From: Podarcis bocagei
Taxonomy: Eukaryota
Length of the DNA stretch: 64,000 nucleotides
Reading direction: 5' to 3' (one strand)
Assembly (NCBI GenBank): GCA_964188305.1
Contig: OZ076886.1
Under the pieces are notes generated by a model. It had not been told where the DNA came from and did no database searches. It was given only the letters and a program-made list of their open reading frames with translations. Of this stretch, positions 50,093 to 61,187 are shown in pieces (the stretch's first letter is position 1; every line of letters starts with the position of its first letter). Position numbers and translations under genes: made by a program.

Positions 50093-50655
50093 CTACCCAT
50101 CTGGCTGAGTTTCCCCAGCCGCTCAGGGTGGCTTCCAACAAAATATTTAAAATACAGTAATCCATCAAACATTAAAAGCTTCCCTAAACAGGGCTGCCTT
50201 CAGATGTCTTCTAAAAGTCTGGTAGTTGTTGTTCTCTTTGACATCTGATGGGAGGGCGTTCCACAGGGTGGGAGCCATTACTGAGAAGGCCCTCTGCCTG
50301 GTTCCCTGTAACTTTGCTTCTCACAGTGAGGGAACCTCCAGAAGGCCCTTGGCACTGGACCTTAGTGTGCAGGCCAAATGATGGGTGGAGATGCTCCTTC
50401 AGGTATACTGGGCCGAGGTCGTCTAGGGCTTTAAAGGGCAACAACAACACTTTGAATTGTGCTTGAAAATGTACTGGGAGCCAATGTAGGTCTTTCAAGA
50501 CCGGTGTTTTATGGTCTCGGCGGCTGCTCCCAGTCACCAGTCTAGCTGCCGCATTCTGGAATAGTTGTAGTTTCCGGGTCACCTTCACAGGTAGCCCCAC
50601 ATAGAACACATTGCAGTAGTCCAAGCGGGAGATAACCAGAGCATGCACCACTCTA
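50047..50655 (-). mobile_element. L2 LINE 3' fragment (same family as 11509 copy)
   Basis: Encodes VHALVISRLDYCNVFYVGLPVKVTRKLQLFQNAAARLVTG...LHWLPVHFQAQFKV; (ATT)n tract at 50047-50090. Confidence 0.95.
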
Positions 50656-52079
50656 GCAGTAAAAAAACTGAAGCAACAACAGACAAAACAAAATATTACA
50701 ATAATATGCAGTTACATACAAAAAAATTACATTAAGACAAAATCACTAACATATATAAATCAATATCAATTTATTTTCCTTCCAACACACCCTTCCTCTC
50801 AGCCTTTGAGTTCTCACCCAGGGTGCAAACAAGCTCTGAATTCATCCACAAAAGTCTCATAATGAGAAGAGTTCCTGGAAACAGCGGGCATCACCCTAGT
50901 CTCTCACTCTCGATTTGCTTTATATGGGCAGGCCCAAAGTGGATGGTACTTCCTCAGGCTGCCCACAGCTGCACTCTCCAAATCCAGTTCCAGGTGCAGC
51001 AAGTTTGCTGAGCTGCCTGGGGGGTCCAGAGAACAGGAAACAGCCCCTTTCCCCTCCACTCAACAGCTCTTTCTTCACCCTCTGTCCCTCTCCAGCTGCT
51101 TTTCATGCTCTGTCTTCTGTTGTAGCCTATCTGTTGCTACACTGGACAACAGGGTCTGTGGCAGAACACAGTCTAACAGGTAGATGATGGCAGTACCTAG
51201 AAATTCTGGACTGAGAACAGAAAGTAGCTTTCGTGTAGATACTAATGGTGCAACTTCAACTTTCTTTCATCCTATGCAAGAATGTTCATTTGATGTTTGG
51301 CGAGGTAAATTCACGCTGTGATTTATGAAGCCATGAACCTAAACTCATCTAGGGTACACACAGAGAACTGGCAAAATTCCCCTTCTCTCAGTCAAGCATC
51401 CAGATGATACAAAACGGATCTTGGAAGGGAACATTGCAAACTGTTTTTCTCTAAACATTTACAAGCAAGGACATTTTGTGTGTGTATATTCCATGCTTGG
51501 AGATTGGAGACACAGCAGCTGGTCTCTCCATTTACAGATGGAGCTTGAATACACTCCAGATATTTTTAAATCTAAATTTGCATTTGTGGGGTTTTTGCCC
51601 TTCCCAGATTTCTTTCTCATTTTCCTGAGGAAACGTAATCACTGCTAGCTCTGAATCTGTTGAGAGCCCAATTTCATTTGACGTGTGCACATGCTTTTAA
51701 ATGTAGTTCTGGTACCCAAGGTTGGGTCATGTTTAAGCTACCCCTGCAGGCCCTGACTTAAGACTCTGATTCATCTTAACTGGACTCAGGCCCACCATCT
51801 CCTCTCAGATGTTCCGTGAGATGGGTTCCATTAGAAGCACCCCTGTGGCCTCTGCCCTGAACACTAAAGAAGGGTATGCCTCTCAAGAGTTGTAAACCAA
51901 GGCAAAGTAAACCAGTCTATCATATGAATCCATTTGATTGCATATTCTAATGCAGCACATTGGAATGGGACCTGGGAGATATGGCTGGCAAGGTCCTTCA
52001 CTAGTAGGAGAATCCCACATTGAAGCAAATCCTTATGGTTGAACACCTTATTTTTATATATTTAGGGTCTACTGTTAAT

Positions 52080-53795
52080 AGTAATAATAATACCATTATT
52101 GTCAATGTACAACCTGTGTCAAATGAAATTAACCAAGCCTCCCCCCCCCCCCAAACACTCAATCTCATTGCACTCTATGTGCTTGTCGAACAACACACCA
52201 ACCCCGAAAGTCAGTTGCACTATATTATTTTCTGTTCAGCAGCCTAACAGCCAACAGATAGAAACTGTTTTTTAGCCTGTTGTGTGTTGTGAGAGCTGGA
52301 CCATAAAGAAGGCTGATCGCTGAAGAATTGATGCTTTTGAATTATGGTGCTGGAGGAGACTCTTGAGAGTCCCATGGAGTGCATGAAGATCAAACCTATC
52401 CATTCTTAAGGAAATCAGCCCAGAGTGCTCACTGGAAGGACAGATCCTAAAGTTGAGGCTCCAATACTTTGGCCACCTCATGAGAAGAGCAGACTCCCTG
52501 GAAAAGACCTTGATGTTGGGAAAGATTGAGGGCACAAGGAGAAGGGGATGACAGAGGGCGAGATGGTTGGACAGTGTTCTCAAAGCTCAAAACATTAGTT
52601 TGACCAAACTGCGGGAGGCAGTGGAAGACAGGAGTGCCTGGCATGCTCTGGTCCATGGGGTCACGATGAGTCGGACACGACTAAACGACTAAACAACAAT
52701 GACTGATTATACATCTATATCTCCTGCCTGAGGGTGGAAGATTAAAGAGGTGCTGGCCGGGGTGTGAATCATCCCTGAGAATTTTTCTCACTCTCCTAAG
52801 GCAACGATCCCTTGCGATGCCATCTAGTGGGTTCAGGGGACAGCCCATGAGATCATGTGCTGTGTTCACCACCCTCTGTAAAGACTTTCTGTCCATGGCT
52901 GTCAAGCCAACACACCACACTGTGATACAGTATGAGAGGACACTTTCTATTGTGGAGGTTATCAATTGTTGTTTAACATAGTTCTTTTGCAAGACCCTGA
53001 GAAAATTGAGTCTCTGCTGGGCCTTCCTAACCACCTGAGTTATATTGTTTTTCCAAACAAGGTCTTCACTAAGGTAAACTCCCAGGAATTTAAAGGAAGA
53101 GACTCTCTCCACACAACACCCCCGATATACAATGGGGCTAGTTCCCTTCTCTTCCTCCGAAAGTCCAACACCATCGCCTTTGTCTTGCTAATATTTAGGT
53201 GCAAGTTATTCTCTAAGCACCATGTAGATACTTTTTGAACCTCCCCCCATATGCTGATTCATCTCCACCTGTAATTAGACCCATTATGGTAGTATCATCT
53301 GCAAACTTAATATTTACAGTGGATGGATCAGATGAAATACAGTCATATTTATACAACGAGTACAGGTAGGGACTCAGCACACATCCCTGTGGGGTGGCAG
53401 CACTGAGCTTCAGGGAAGTAGATGTAACAGGCCCAATCCTCACTGTTTGTGTCCGATCCCTCAGAACGTTTTTAATCCAGTCACAGATGGTAGAAGAAAG
53501 GTCTAGTTCCATCAGTTTTTTGATAAGAAAGTCTGGAAGAATGGTATTAAAAGCCGAGCTATAATCAATAAACAGCATTCTAACATAATTCCCCAGTCTC
53601 TTCAGATGACTCGCTGCAAGGTGAAAGGCTGTAGCTATGGCACCATCTGTTTACCTTTTTCTCCTGTAGGTGAACTGATGTTTCTCAAAATACGGTGGAA
53701 AACATGTCCTAAGGTGTTGAAGGACCAATCTCTCGAAGCATTTCATCACTACAGATGTTAATGCAATAGGTCTGTAGTCATTTGGGCAGTTAGTT
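52080..53795 (-). mobile_element. Rex1/Babar LINE, 5'-truncated and degenerate, interrupted by BovB
   Basis: RT motifs NDYRPIALTSVVMKCFERL, LFIDYSSAFNTI, PQGCVLSP, KFADDTT, FKFLG, KAQQRL, SGRRYR; C-terminus NRLKNSFY..AVRLLN lies beyond the BovB insert; 3' end TGACAATAA. Confidence 0.9.
52289..52699 (+). mobile_element. BovB 3' fragment nested in Rex1
   Basis: GTGAGAGCTGGACCATAAAGAAGGCTGATCG...GTCGGACACGACTAAACGACTAAACAACAA. Confidence 0.95.
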
Positions 53796-53829
53796 GTTCA
53801 GCACTCAAATGGATTTGATGGCCAAGCTC

Positions 53830-53874
53830 AGGCTTATGTAACCTGAAGCATATGTAACCTGAGGTACCATTGTA
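53830..53874. mobile_element. Family A MITE terminal remnant
   Basis: TGTAACCTGAAGCATATGTAACCTGAGGTACCATTGTA. Confidence 0.65.
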
Positions 53875-53924
53875 ATGAAAACAGAGACACTCAGTATGCT
53901 ACACATGACACCTGAGTCTGTTCG

Positions 53925-54092
53925 TAAGAGCAGAAAGTGAGCATGCAGGATCAGGCCAATGGTCCAAGACAGCTAACTGTTCTTTCAGTGGCCAACCACA
54001 TGCTTGTGGGGAACTTGCAAGCTGGAAATGAGTGCAACAGCATTCTGCCTGCCTGTAATAGCCAGCAACTGGTATTCAGAGGCATAATGCTT
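53925..54092 (-). mobile_element. CR1 3' UTR/tail remnant
   Basis: GGATCAGGCCAATGGTCC...CAGTGGCCAACCACATGCTTGTGGGGAAC...CAGCAACTGGTATTCAGAGGCAT. Confidence 0.6.
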
Positions 54093-55064
54093 GACACATT
54101 ACTTCCCGTTCAAATCCCACAATAAACTTATTCTTCTAAAGGAAGAATAAAATAAAAATGGAAAATTAGAAATGGAAAACTCTCCTCTCTCTTCTTTTCC
54201 TACTAGACAGAAACATTGCTGAATAATTTAGCCATTATTATTTTTTTGCCAAAAGATGACTCTGGGCACTTGTGTATGTACATGAGAGGGATACATCCTC
54301 CCTCTTCCAGTGGGAAAGTGCTGTCACCTGGATGCAATCATAGTCTCCATAAAAGTCCCCTTGTTCTGCTTGCAGACACCTATGTGTGCATGAAGTTGAA
54401 ATGACTTTCACTCTCCTAAAAGGCTTAGAAAAAGGAAATTCCATTGCCTCATAACCTGAAATTCCCATCTATTTATTATGGTCCAAATGGAATACCTTTT
54501 GAAATAAGAATTCAACCTGACTGCAGCAATTTATGAAGAGTCAGAAATGAAGCCTGGAAGATATCAAGCTGGCTGACCTGGCTATTGCTTAGTTGTGCTG
54601 TTTTCAGTGTCTCGTTCTCCCCTTCATGTCTCCATGCCCAAAATACGCCTTAGAGAATCAAAGGATAGTTAACTGTCACCATGGCACCCAACAGAAGCAG
54701 ATCAACATTTGACAGCATCTGCAGTTACAACATCTTTTCTTGGGTGCTTCTTTCCTTCTCCTTGAGTGAGTTGCTATGCACCTTATCATTGCTGAAGACA
54801 ACTGGATCACCAATCCCACCCCAGCTGGAAAATAAAAGCAAAATTCCAACAGAAAGTCCCAGTTTTCCTACCCTTGCTCTCATTCTTCACCATTTTAGTA
54901 AAAACACTCAGATCTGCACCAGCTTTGCTTCACTGACTTATCTAGGGCTGGATCTAGACACATCAAAGAAGCGATTCAGTTAATTAAACACCTTGTAAAC
55001 TCACACAGGCAAATCTGGTATGGAAAGACGGGACTCCACAGCACCATCTGGTGTCACAGTGTTA

Positions 55065-58000
55065 TATTTTCTATTTTCTATTTTCTATTTGTAAATGGAG
55101 GTTAGTATGAGGCTTGGGATTGCGACCGTGGAGGGGCGAGGGAGGTATGGCGGTGGGGGCAGATGTTATAGGCGAAGGGGATCGAGATACGGATATGCTC
55201 GTACCCCTTCCAATCTGCGCCCCATCCCGAGAGACGAGGGTAGGGTGAGCAAGGATTACTCACCTCCTTCACTGGTGTTGTGCAATGCCAGGTCTATAGG
55301 CAACAAAACCGCTACCCTGCGAGATTTCTTTATCTCGCAGGGAGTTGACCTGGCTTGTGTGACGGAGACCTGGGTGCGCGAAGGGGTAACTGTTACCTTA
55401 CGAGAGATGGCGCCCCCAGGTTTCTCCGTCCTCCACCAGTCACGGACTGTGGGCCGGGGGGGAGGGGTGGCAGTATTAATCCGGGAAGATTGTTCTTTCA
55501 GGGCTCTACCATCGCCATCGATCCCCGGCATTGAATGTGTTGGCCTAGTGTGGGGCTCCGAGGAGAGCTTGGCTGTCTGGCTGGTGTACCGGCCACCTAG
55601 CGCACCAGCAGCCACCCTGTCAGGCCTGCTGGAGGCGGTGGCCGGCTGGGCCTTGGAGTTCCCTAACCTATTGGTATTGGGAGACTTCAACTTCCACGCT
55701 GATACCACTCCCTCCTCACAGGCTCTGGACCTGGTGTCTTCCATGGCGACACTAGGGCTCTCCCAGTTTGTTTCGGGCCCCACACATCAAGCAGGCCACA
55801 CGCTGGATTTGATCTTTGGCGCCGGTATAGATGTGATCATGTCTCCTTCGATGAAGGTGCCATGGTCTGATCACTACGCTCTGAAAGCCAGGATTGACTT
55901 TCCACCCCCACCCTGCTTAGGTGGTGAGCCGATTTGGGCTCGCCCGCGGAGGCTGATGGACCCGGATAGATTCCGTCAAGCCTTGCGGGACCTTGCTCCC
56001 CCTGGCGACTCATTGACTGAGCTTGTTGAGGGCTGGAATACCCAGCTCCTGGCAGCCATCGATGAGATCGCACCTAAGCGCCCTCTGCGACCCCGCAGAA
56101 ACCGGGCTCCCTGGTTTACCGAGGAGCTTCGGAAAATGAAGTGGGACCTCAGACGGCTAGAGCGAGTATGGCGGGGTGCCCGTGACGGAGCCTCAAGAAC
56201 ATCTTATAGGGTTTTTATGAAAACCTATGAGATGGCAGTGAAGGCTGCTAAGAAGTCTTACTTCTCGGCCTCCATTGCATCCGCTAGCTCTCGCCCGGCG
56301 CAATTATTTAGTATAATTCGGTCTTTAACGTCCCTTGAAGGACAGCCAAATTTAAATAACAATCTGACACACAGCTGTGAGGCATTTGCAAGCTTTTTTG
56401 CGGAGAAGGTCCTGTTGCTCCGCCATGACCTCCCTGCCAATTTGGATACAATAAAGGAACTGGAGGCCCCTCGACTGTCCTCGGGTCCAGTATTGGACCA
56501 CTTTGACCGGATATCTCCAGCCGATGTGGACAGATTCCTCCAAGCTGGAAAGCCCACCACCTGTCCTCTTGACCCGTGCCCGTCATGGCTGATTAGAGCG
56601 TGTCCAGACGAGGTGCGGGGCCCCCTGGGGGATATCATCAATTTGTCCCTTGGCACCGGGATATTCCCAGGGGAACTGAAGGAGGCGGTGGTGCATCCGC
56701 TCTTAAAGAAAACATCATTAGATCCCTCAGATCTATCCAATTACCGCCCGGTCTCGAATCTTCCATTCCTGGGTAAGGTGATTGAGAGAGCGGTTGCTGA
56801 ACAGCTTGGTAGGTTTCTGGATGAAACATCTGCTCTGGACCCATTCCAGTCCGGCTTCCGCGCTGGTCATGGGACCGAGACGGCTCTGGTCGCCCTAACA
56901 GATGATCTCCGCAGGCAGCTGGATCGAGGCGGGTCGGGGCTGCTGATTCTTCTAGATCTGTCAGCAGCCTTTGACATGGTCGATCACGAACTCCTGGACC
57001 ACCGCCTTGCCGACGTGGGGATCCAGGGCACAGTCCTTCAATGGCTGCGCTCGTTTCTCTCTGGTCGGGGACAGAGGGTGGCGCTTGGGGGGGAATTGTC
57101 ATCACGCCACTCCTTGGTGTGTGGAGTGCCTCAGGGTGCAATTCTCTCCCCGATGCTTTTTAACATCTTTGTGCGCCCCCTCGCCCAGCTTGTCCGGAGT
57201 TTTGGGCTGGGTTGCCATCAGTATGCTGATGACACCCAACTCTATCTGTTGATGGATGGCCATCCTGACTCGGCCCCAGACACACTGACCAGATGTCTGG
57301 AAGCTGTGGCTGGATGGTTACGTGGGAGCCGGTTGAAGTTAAATCCTTCGAAGACAGAGGTCCTCTGGCTGGGGCGGGACGATATGGGATCGAGGGGGCA
57401 ACTCCCATCTCTTGCGGGGGTGCAATTAGTGCCAGCACCGGCCGTTAAGAGTTTGGGTGTAATCTTCGATACCTCCCTTTCTATGGAGGCGCAGATTACA
57501 GCTATAACAAAGGCGGCATTTTTTCATCTCCGCCAAGCTAAGCAGTTGGCCCCTTATCTCTCTCGTCCTGACCTAGCCACTGTGATCCATGCGACGGTCA
57601 CCTCCAGACTGGATTATTGTAACTCGCTCTACGTGGGGCTGCCCTTGAGACTGACCCAGAAACTCCAGCGGGTGCAGAATGCCGCGGCGAGACTCCTTAT
57701 GGGGTCTTCGCTGCGAGAGCACATTCATCCGGTATTATACCAGCTGCACTGGCTCCCGGTGGAGTACAGGATCAGGTTTAAGGTGCTGGTTTTAACCTTT
57801 AAAGCCCTATACGGCCTAGGACCCTCGTACCTACGGGACCGCCTCTCCTGGTATGCCCCACAGAGAAACCTACGGTCTGCAAATAATAACATCCTCAAGG
57901 TCCCAGGCCTCAGAGAGGTTAGGCTGGCCTCAACTAGAGCCAGGGCCTTCTCGGCTGCAGCTCCAAACTGGTGGAATGCTCTGTCAAAAGAGACTAGGGC

Positions 58001-58277
58001 CCTGCGGGACCTGACATCTTTCCGCAGGGCCTGCAAGACAGAGTTGTTCCGCCAGGCCTTTGGTCAGGGCGCAGCCTGACTCCCTCCTCTGGCAACCTGC
58101 ACATAATTCTGCTTAATTGGTTGCCATCAATTTGATTTAATTAATTTTTATAATGAAATATTTTTAGATTGTGTGATTATTTGACTGATTATTTGATTGT
58201 TGTTAGCCGCCCTGAGCCCGGCTTTGGCTGGGGAGGGCGGGATATAAATAAAATTTATTATTATTATTATTATTATT
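55065..58277 (+). mobile_element. L2 LINE, about 3.2 kb, young, with intact ORF
   Basis: Contains the 994-aa EN+RT ORF; 3' stem CCGCCCT...AGGGCGG, AATAAA and (TTA)n tail; (TATTTTC)3 immediately 5'. Confidence 0.93.
55095..58079 (+). CDS. L2 ORF2 polyprotein: APE-like endonuclease plus reverse transcriptase (994 aa)
   Basis: EN motifs CNARS, VTETW, GGGVA, VYRPP, LGDFN, GHTLDL, SDH; RT motifs YRPVSNLPFLGK, QSGFR, LDLSAAFD, GVPQG, YADD, LNPSKT; L2 C-terminus SRLDYCNS, LHWLP; no internal stops. Confidence 0.95.
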   Translation: MEVSMRLGIATVEGRGRYGGGGRCYRRRGSRYGYARTPSNLRPIPRDEGRVSKDYSPPSLVLCNARSIGNKTATLRDFFISQGVDLACVTETWVREGVTVTLREMAPPGFSVLHQSRTVGRGGGVAVLIREDCSFRALPSPSIPGIECVGLVWGSEESLAVWLVYRPPSAPAATLSGLLEAVAGWALEFPNLLVLGDFNFHADTTPSSQALDLVSSMATLGLSQFVSGPTHQAGHTLDLIFGAGIDVIMSPSMKVPWSDHYALKARIDFPPPPCLGGEPIWARPRRLMDPDRFRQALRDLAPPGDSLTELVEGWNTQLLAAIDEIAPKRPLRPRRNRAPWFTEELRKMKWDLRRLERVWRGARDGASRTSYRVFMKTYEMAVKAAKKSYFSASIASASSRPAQLFSIIRSLTSLEGQPNLNNNLTHSCEAFASFFAEKVLLLRHDLPANLDTIKELEAPRLSSGPVLDHFDRISPADVDRFLQAGKPTTCPLDPCPSWLIRACPDEVRGPLGDIINLSLGTGIFPGELKEAVVHPLLKKTSLDPSDLSNYRPVSNLPFLGKVIERAVAEQLGRFLDETSALDPFQSGFRAGHGTETALVALTDDLRRQLDRGGSGLLILLDLSAAFDMVDHELLDHRLADVGIQGTVLQWLRSFLSGRGQRVALGGELSSRHSLVCGVPQGAILSPMLFNIFVRPLAQLVRSFGLGCHQYADDTQLYLLMDGHPDSAPDTLTRCLEAVAGWLRGSRLKLNPSKTEVLWLGRDDMGSRGQLPSLAGVQLVPAPAVKSLGVIFDTSLSMEAQITAITKAAFFHLRQAKQLAPYLSRPDLATVIHATVTSRLDYCNSLYVGLPLRLTQKLQRVQNAAARLLMGSSLREHIHPVLYQLHWLPVEYRIRFKVLVLTFKALYGLGPSYLRDRLSWYAPQRNLRSANNNILKVPGLREVRLASTRARAFSAAAPNWWNALSKETRALRDLTSFRRACKTELFRQAFGQGAA

Positions 58278-58864
58278 GCATATACAATGCATATAAAATG
58301 CTTTTTCTTTACCAATCTAGCCGAGTCCTGGGACTAGATGAGGATAAACCCATGTATTGTACAATGGTCATATTTATTCTGCCGTGAGAGGAATTCTAAA
58401 GTGGAGCTAGCCGGGCAGAGGTAGAATGCATCCCTCTGCTAGGTGGCTGAAAGTTAACCTCAAGTTGTTTGTGAAGAAAACAGAGGCAAAGGAAAATATA
58501 TAATAAATGGGAAGATTGCAATTTATTTCTGCAGATACCACCCACCCACATGAATCTTTCTTACTCCAAAAGAACTTTATTTTGGTGAGAGGGAAAGGAA
58601 ATAAAAATCATCAGGTTGCCATCTTTCCTGAATAAGATCATGTCTTCATGAAGGGCTTTCCTGCATCTGAAATAAACATCCATTTTATAACCTTCTGAAC
58701 TACTATAAACCAAGATTAGCTGCAGGTGTTTGCATTACAGAAGATGCCAGGATTGCCTTCCCAGGACTACGCAGAACATGTTACTGTTGTTCCCTACCAA
58801 AGAGTGTCAGCAGTGGACATGACCCCAGGGTACATAAGACAGTGTTTTCTGGTGCTCTTCTCTT

Positions 58865-59222
58865 GTTGTTGTTGTTTAGTCGTTTTGTCGGGTCCAACTC
58901 TTCGTGACCCCATGAACCAGAGCACGCCAGGCACTTCTGTCTTCCACTGCCTCCCACAGTTTGGTCAAACTCATGCTGGTAGCTTCGAGAACACTATCCA
59001 ACCATATCGTCCTCTGTCGTCCCCTTCTCCTTCATGGATCACTGCCTTGCCGTGGCGAAGGGGCTTGAATAACTCAGAGAAGCTATGAACTATGCCGAGC
59101 AGGGCACCCAAGATGAACAGGTCATAGTGGAGAGTTTTGACAAAACATGATCCATCTGGAGGAGGAACAGGCAAGCCACTCCAGTATCCCTGCCAAGAAA
59201 ACTCCATGGACAAAGACAGCAG
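58865..59222 (-). mobile_element. BovB 5'-inversion chimera (3' end on minus strand joined to 5' UTR on plus strand)
   Basis: 58865-59032 is the reverse complement of the BovB 3' end with a (CAA) tail; 59033-59222 resembles the BovB 5' region (ATGGATCACTGCCTTG...GGGCACCCAAGA...GGCAAGCCACTCCAGTATC); TSD GCTCTTCTCTT/GCTCTTGTCTT. Confidence 0.78.
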
Positions 59223-61078
59223 GCTCTTGTCTTACTGGTGCACAAGAGCAAGAGGATTCTCTTGTAAAGAAAACTGCATATTGTGCATGCTTGAAATCAT
59301 TGTATAATATCCCCAGCCAGCCATACAGATTGGTCAAGATTCACTGTCTATGTGCATTGTGAGAATGGAAGAGTAGCTGCAAATCACCTACATTAGTCCT
59401 CGGACTGCCCAAAGTTAACACATGAAAGACCCATGGGGACAAAGCTATTTAGACTGAGAAGAAAAATTAAAATATAGCAGTACTAGCAGCCATGTCCTAA
59501 TTGCTGCCTTTGCTGAGGCCCTTCTATTGCTTGCACAGTCCAGATTTCACAGATGCCTCTTCTTTGGCAGAAGAAAGGAGAAAGCATAAAAGGGAACTGT
59601 CATAATATATCCATACAGCTGATTTAGTGTCCAAACACATTAGACAGCAGAGACATCACAAGTGATGCTTAAATTGGTCACTACATTATCCTTGCCCATA
59701 GATCAACTTAAATTAGCTGCAATGCATATTCCATTTTAAAAAATTGGTTCTGCTTCAGATTTCTACCTTACTCTAAGCCTTCATAAGTGACACATTCCAG
59801 ACTAAACACATCCTGGGCAGCACCTGTGAAAACACCCTGGGTTTATTTTCAGCTGGGCATCACGGGTGGAACTTTCCCTGTTAATGGGGCTTTCTCATGT
59901 AATTTCCCAATGACTAAAGCCGAATCTCCAGTAAGTGGCAGGAGTCAACCTGCATGGTGGGACAGTGCTGTAGAGACACGGGTGTCGCTGCTGCTTGCCA
60001 GGACAGGGATGGGTAGGGCAGTTTGGTGGCAAGGTTAGGGCTCTGTGGGTGCACTGGTGGGAGCACTGGATTGCCTCTGCCAGTGCACCAGCAACACCCT
60101 CTATCTCAGATGCCCAGCCCTCAAACTGTCCTAGTAAGTAACTGTGACATCAGTGTCAAGAGGGTGACTCCTCTACACTGTCCCACCATGTTGGGCTTTC
60201 CTAGGCAGCTTTGTATAGGTGGTTGAGATTTCAGAGTCATGGTTGACCTCCCACAATTAGAAATAAAGGGCTGCCACCAACCTGGCGGAAGCAGATATGT
60301 ATCTGAGCTGTAGCAGCAACAGCATTTCTCTCCATTTTTATTTTTTTTAATGGGGATGTCCTGCTGCAGCCATTTAAGTCAGCTGTCAAAACCAAAACCA
60401 GTTTGTGGGGGTGGGGCAGTTGATGCATAGGGAGCCTTGTTTAGACATTGCTGTCTCAAGAATTCCTCACATTTTAAAGAAAGCTGCCAAATAATTTATT
60501 TTTCTCTCAGCCCCATACCTTGACTGTCCAGACCTGGTGAGGTGGGGCCCATGGAAAAATTGGGAAGATGCAAATCTAGCAAGTGGTTCGGAGCAGAGGG
60601 AGAGGAAATAGGGCAGGCAGGGCTCCAGTAAACAAAGGAAGTTGGAGGTAGGTCTTTCAGGACCCCGGACAGAACTTAAGGAGCAAATTCAGAGAACTCC
60701 TGTCTTCACTGAAGCCTTTTGTATGTGGTAGGCCTGGCTATGTTTTCTAGGCTCTGCCCCTTTGCAAGAGGGGAACTTTAAAAGGGGCTGCCCTCTATCC
60801 CGGAGCCTGCAGTTCTGTCAGCTCTTTCTTGTTAAGTGCATTGCTGCATTCAGAAATGGGCTCAGTAGAGCGCCTGGGCCTTGGGGTGTGTGCGAGAGAG
60901 GCTATTCACTTGGCACTGACCCAGTGGGGACCACTGCCCCTTCATCCTTTGTGTATGTGCTGCTTTGGAACTCAAGGCCTTAGTATGGCACCCATGGACA
61001 GCTCTTTAACCCAGCTATACTTCAAACAAATGGCTTACAGCTGGCGATACACCATAAAACACTTAATATGAACTTCAG

Positions 61079-61187
61079 TGGGCACCTCCAGATGCTGTTG
61101 GGCACCAGCTTCCAAAATCTCTGACCATTGGCCATGCTGACTGCAGCTGATGGAAGTTGGAATCCAGCAATGTCTGAAAGACCACAG
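61079..61187. mobile_element. Common squamate hairpin MITE
   Basis: CCTCCAGATGCTGTTGG...CTGACCATTGGCCATGCTG...GATGGAAGTTGGAATCCAGCAATGTCTG. Confidence 0.65.

Noticed and set aside
55256-58036. Several antisense and alternative-frame ORFs of 60-175 aa
   Set aside because: Shadows of the GC-rich L2 ORF with no independent motifs
59020-59130. Possible HDV-like ribozyme in the BovB 5' UTR (CCCCTTC/GAAGGGG helix, GCC-loop-GGC)
   Set aside because: No G1, no canonical P1.1 CC/GG pairing, and no convincing J4/2 or P2 closure found by eye; would need an RNArobo/Infernal test
60980-61005. RE1-like GGCACCCATGGACAGCTC
   Set aside because: Non-canonical spacer and poor left half
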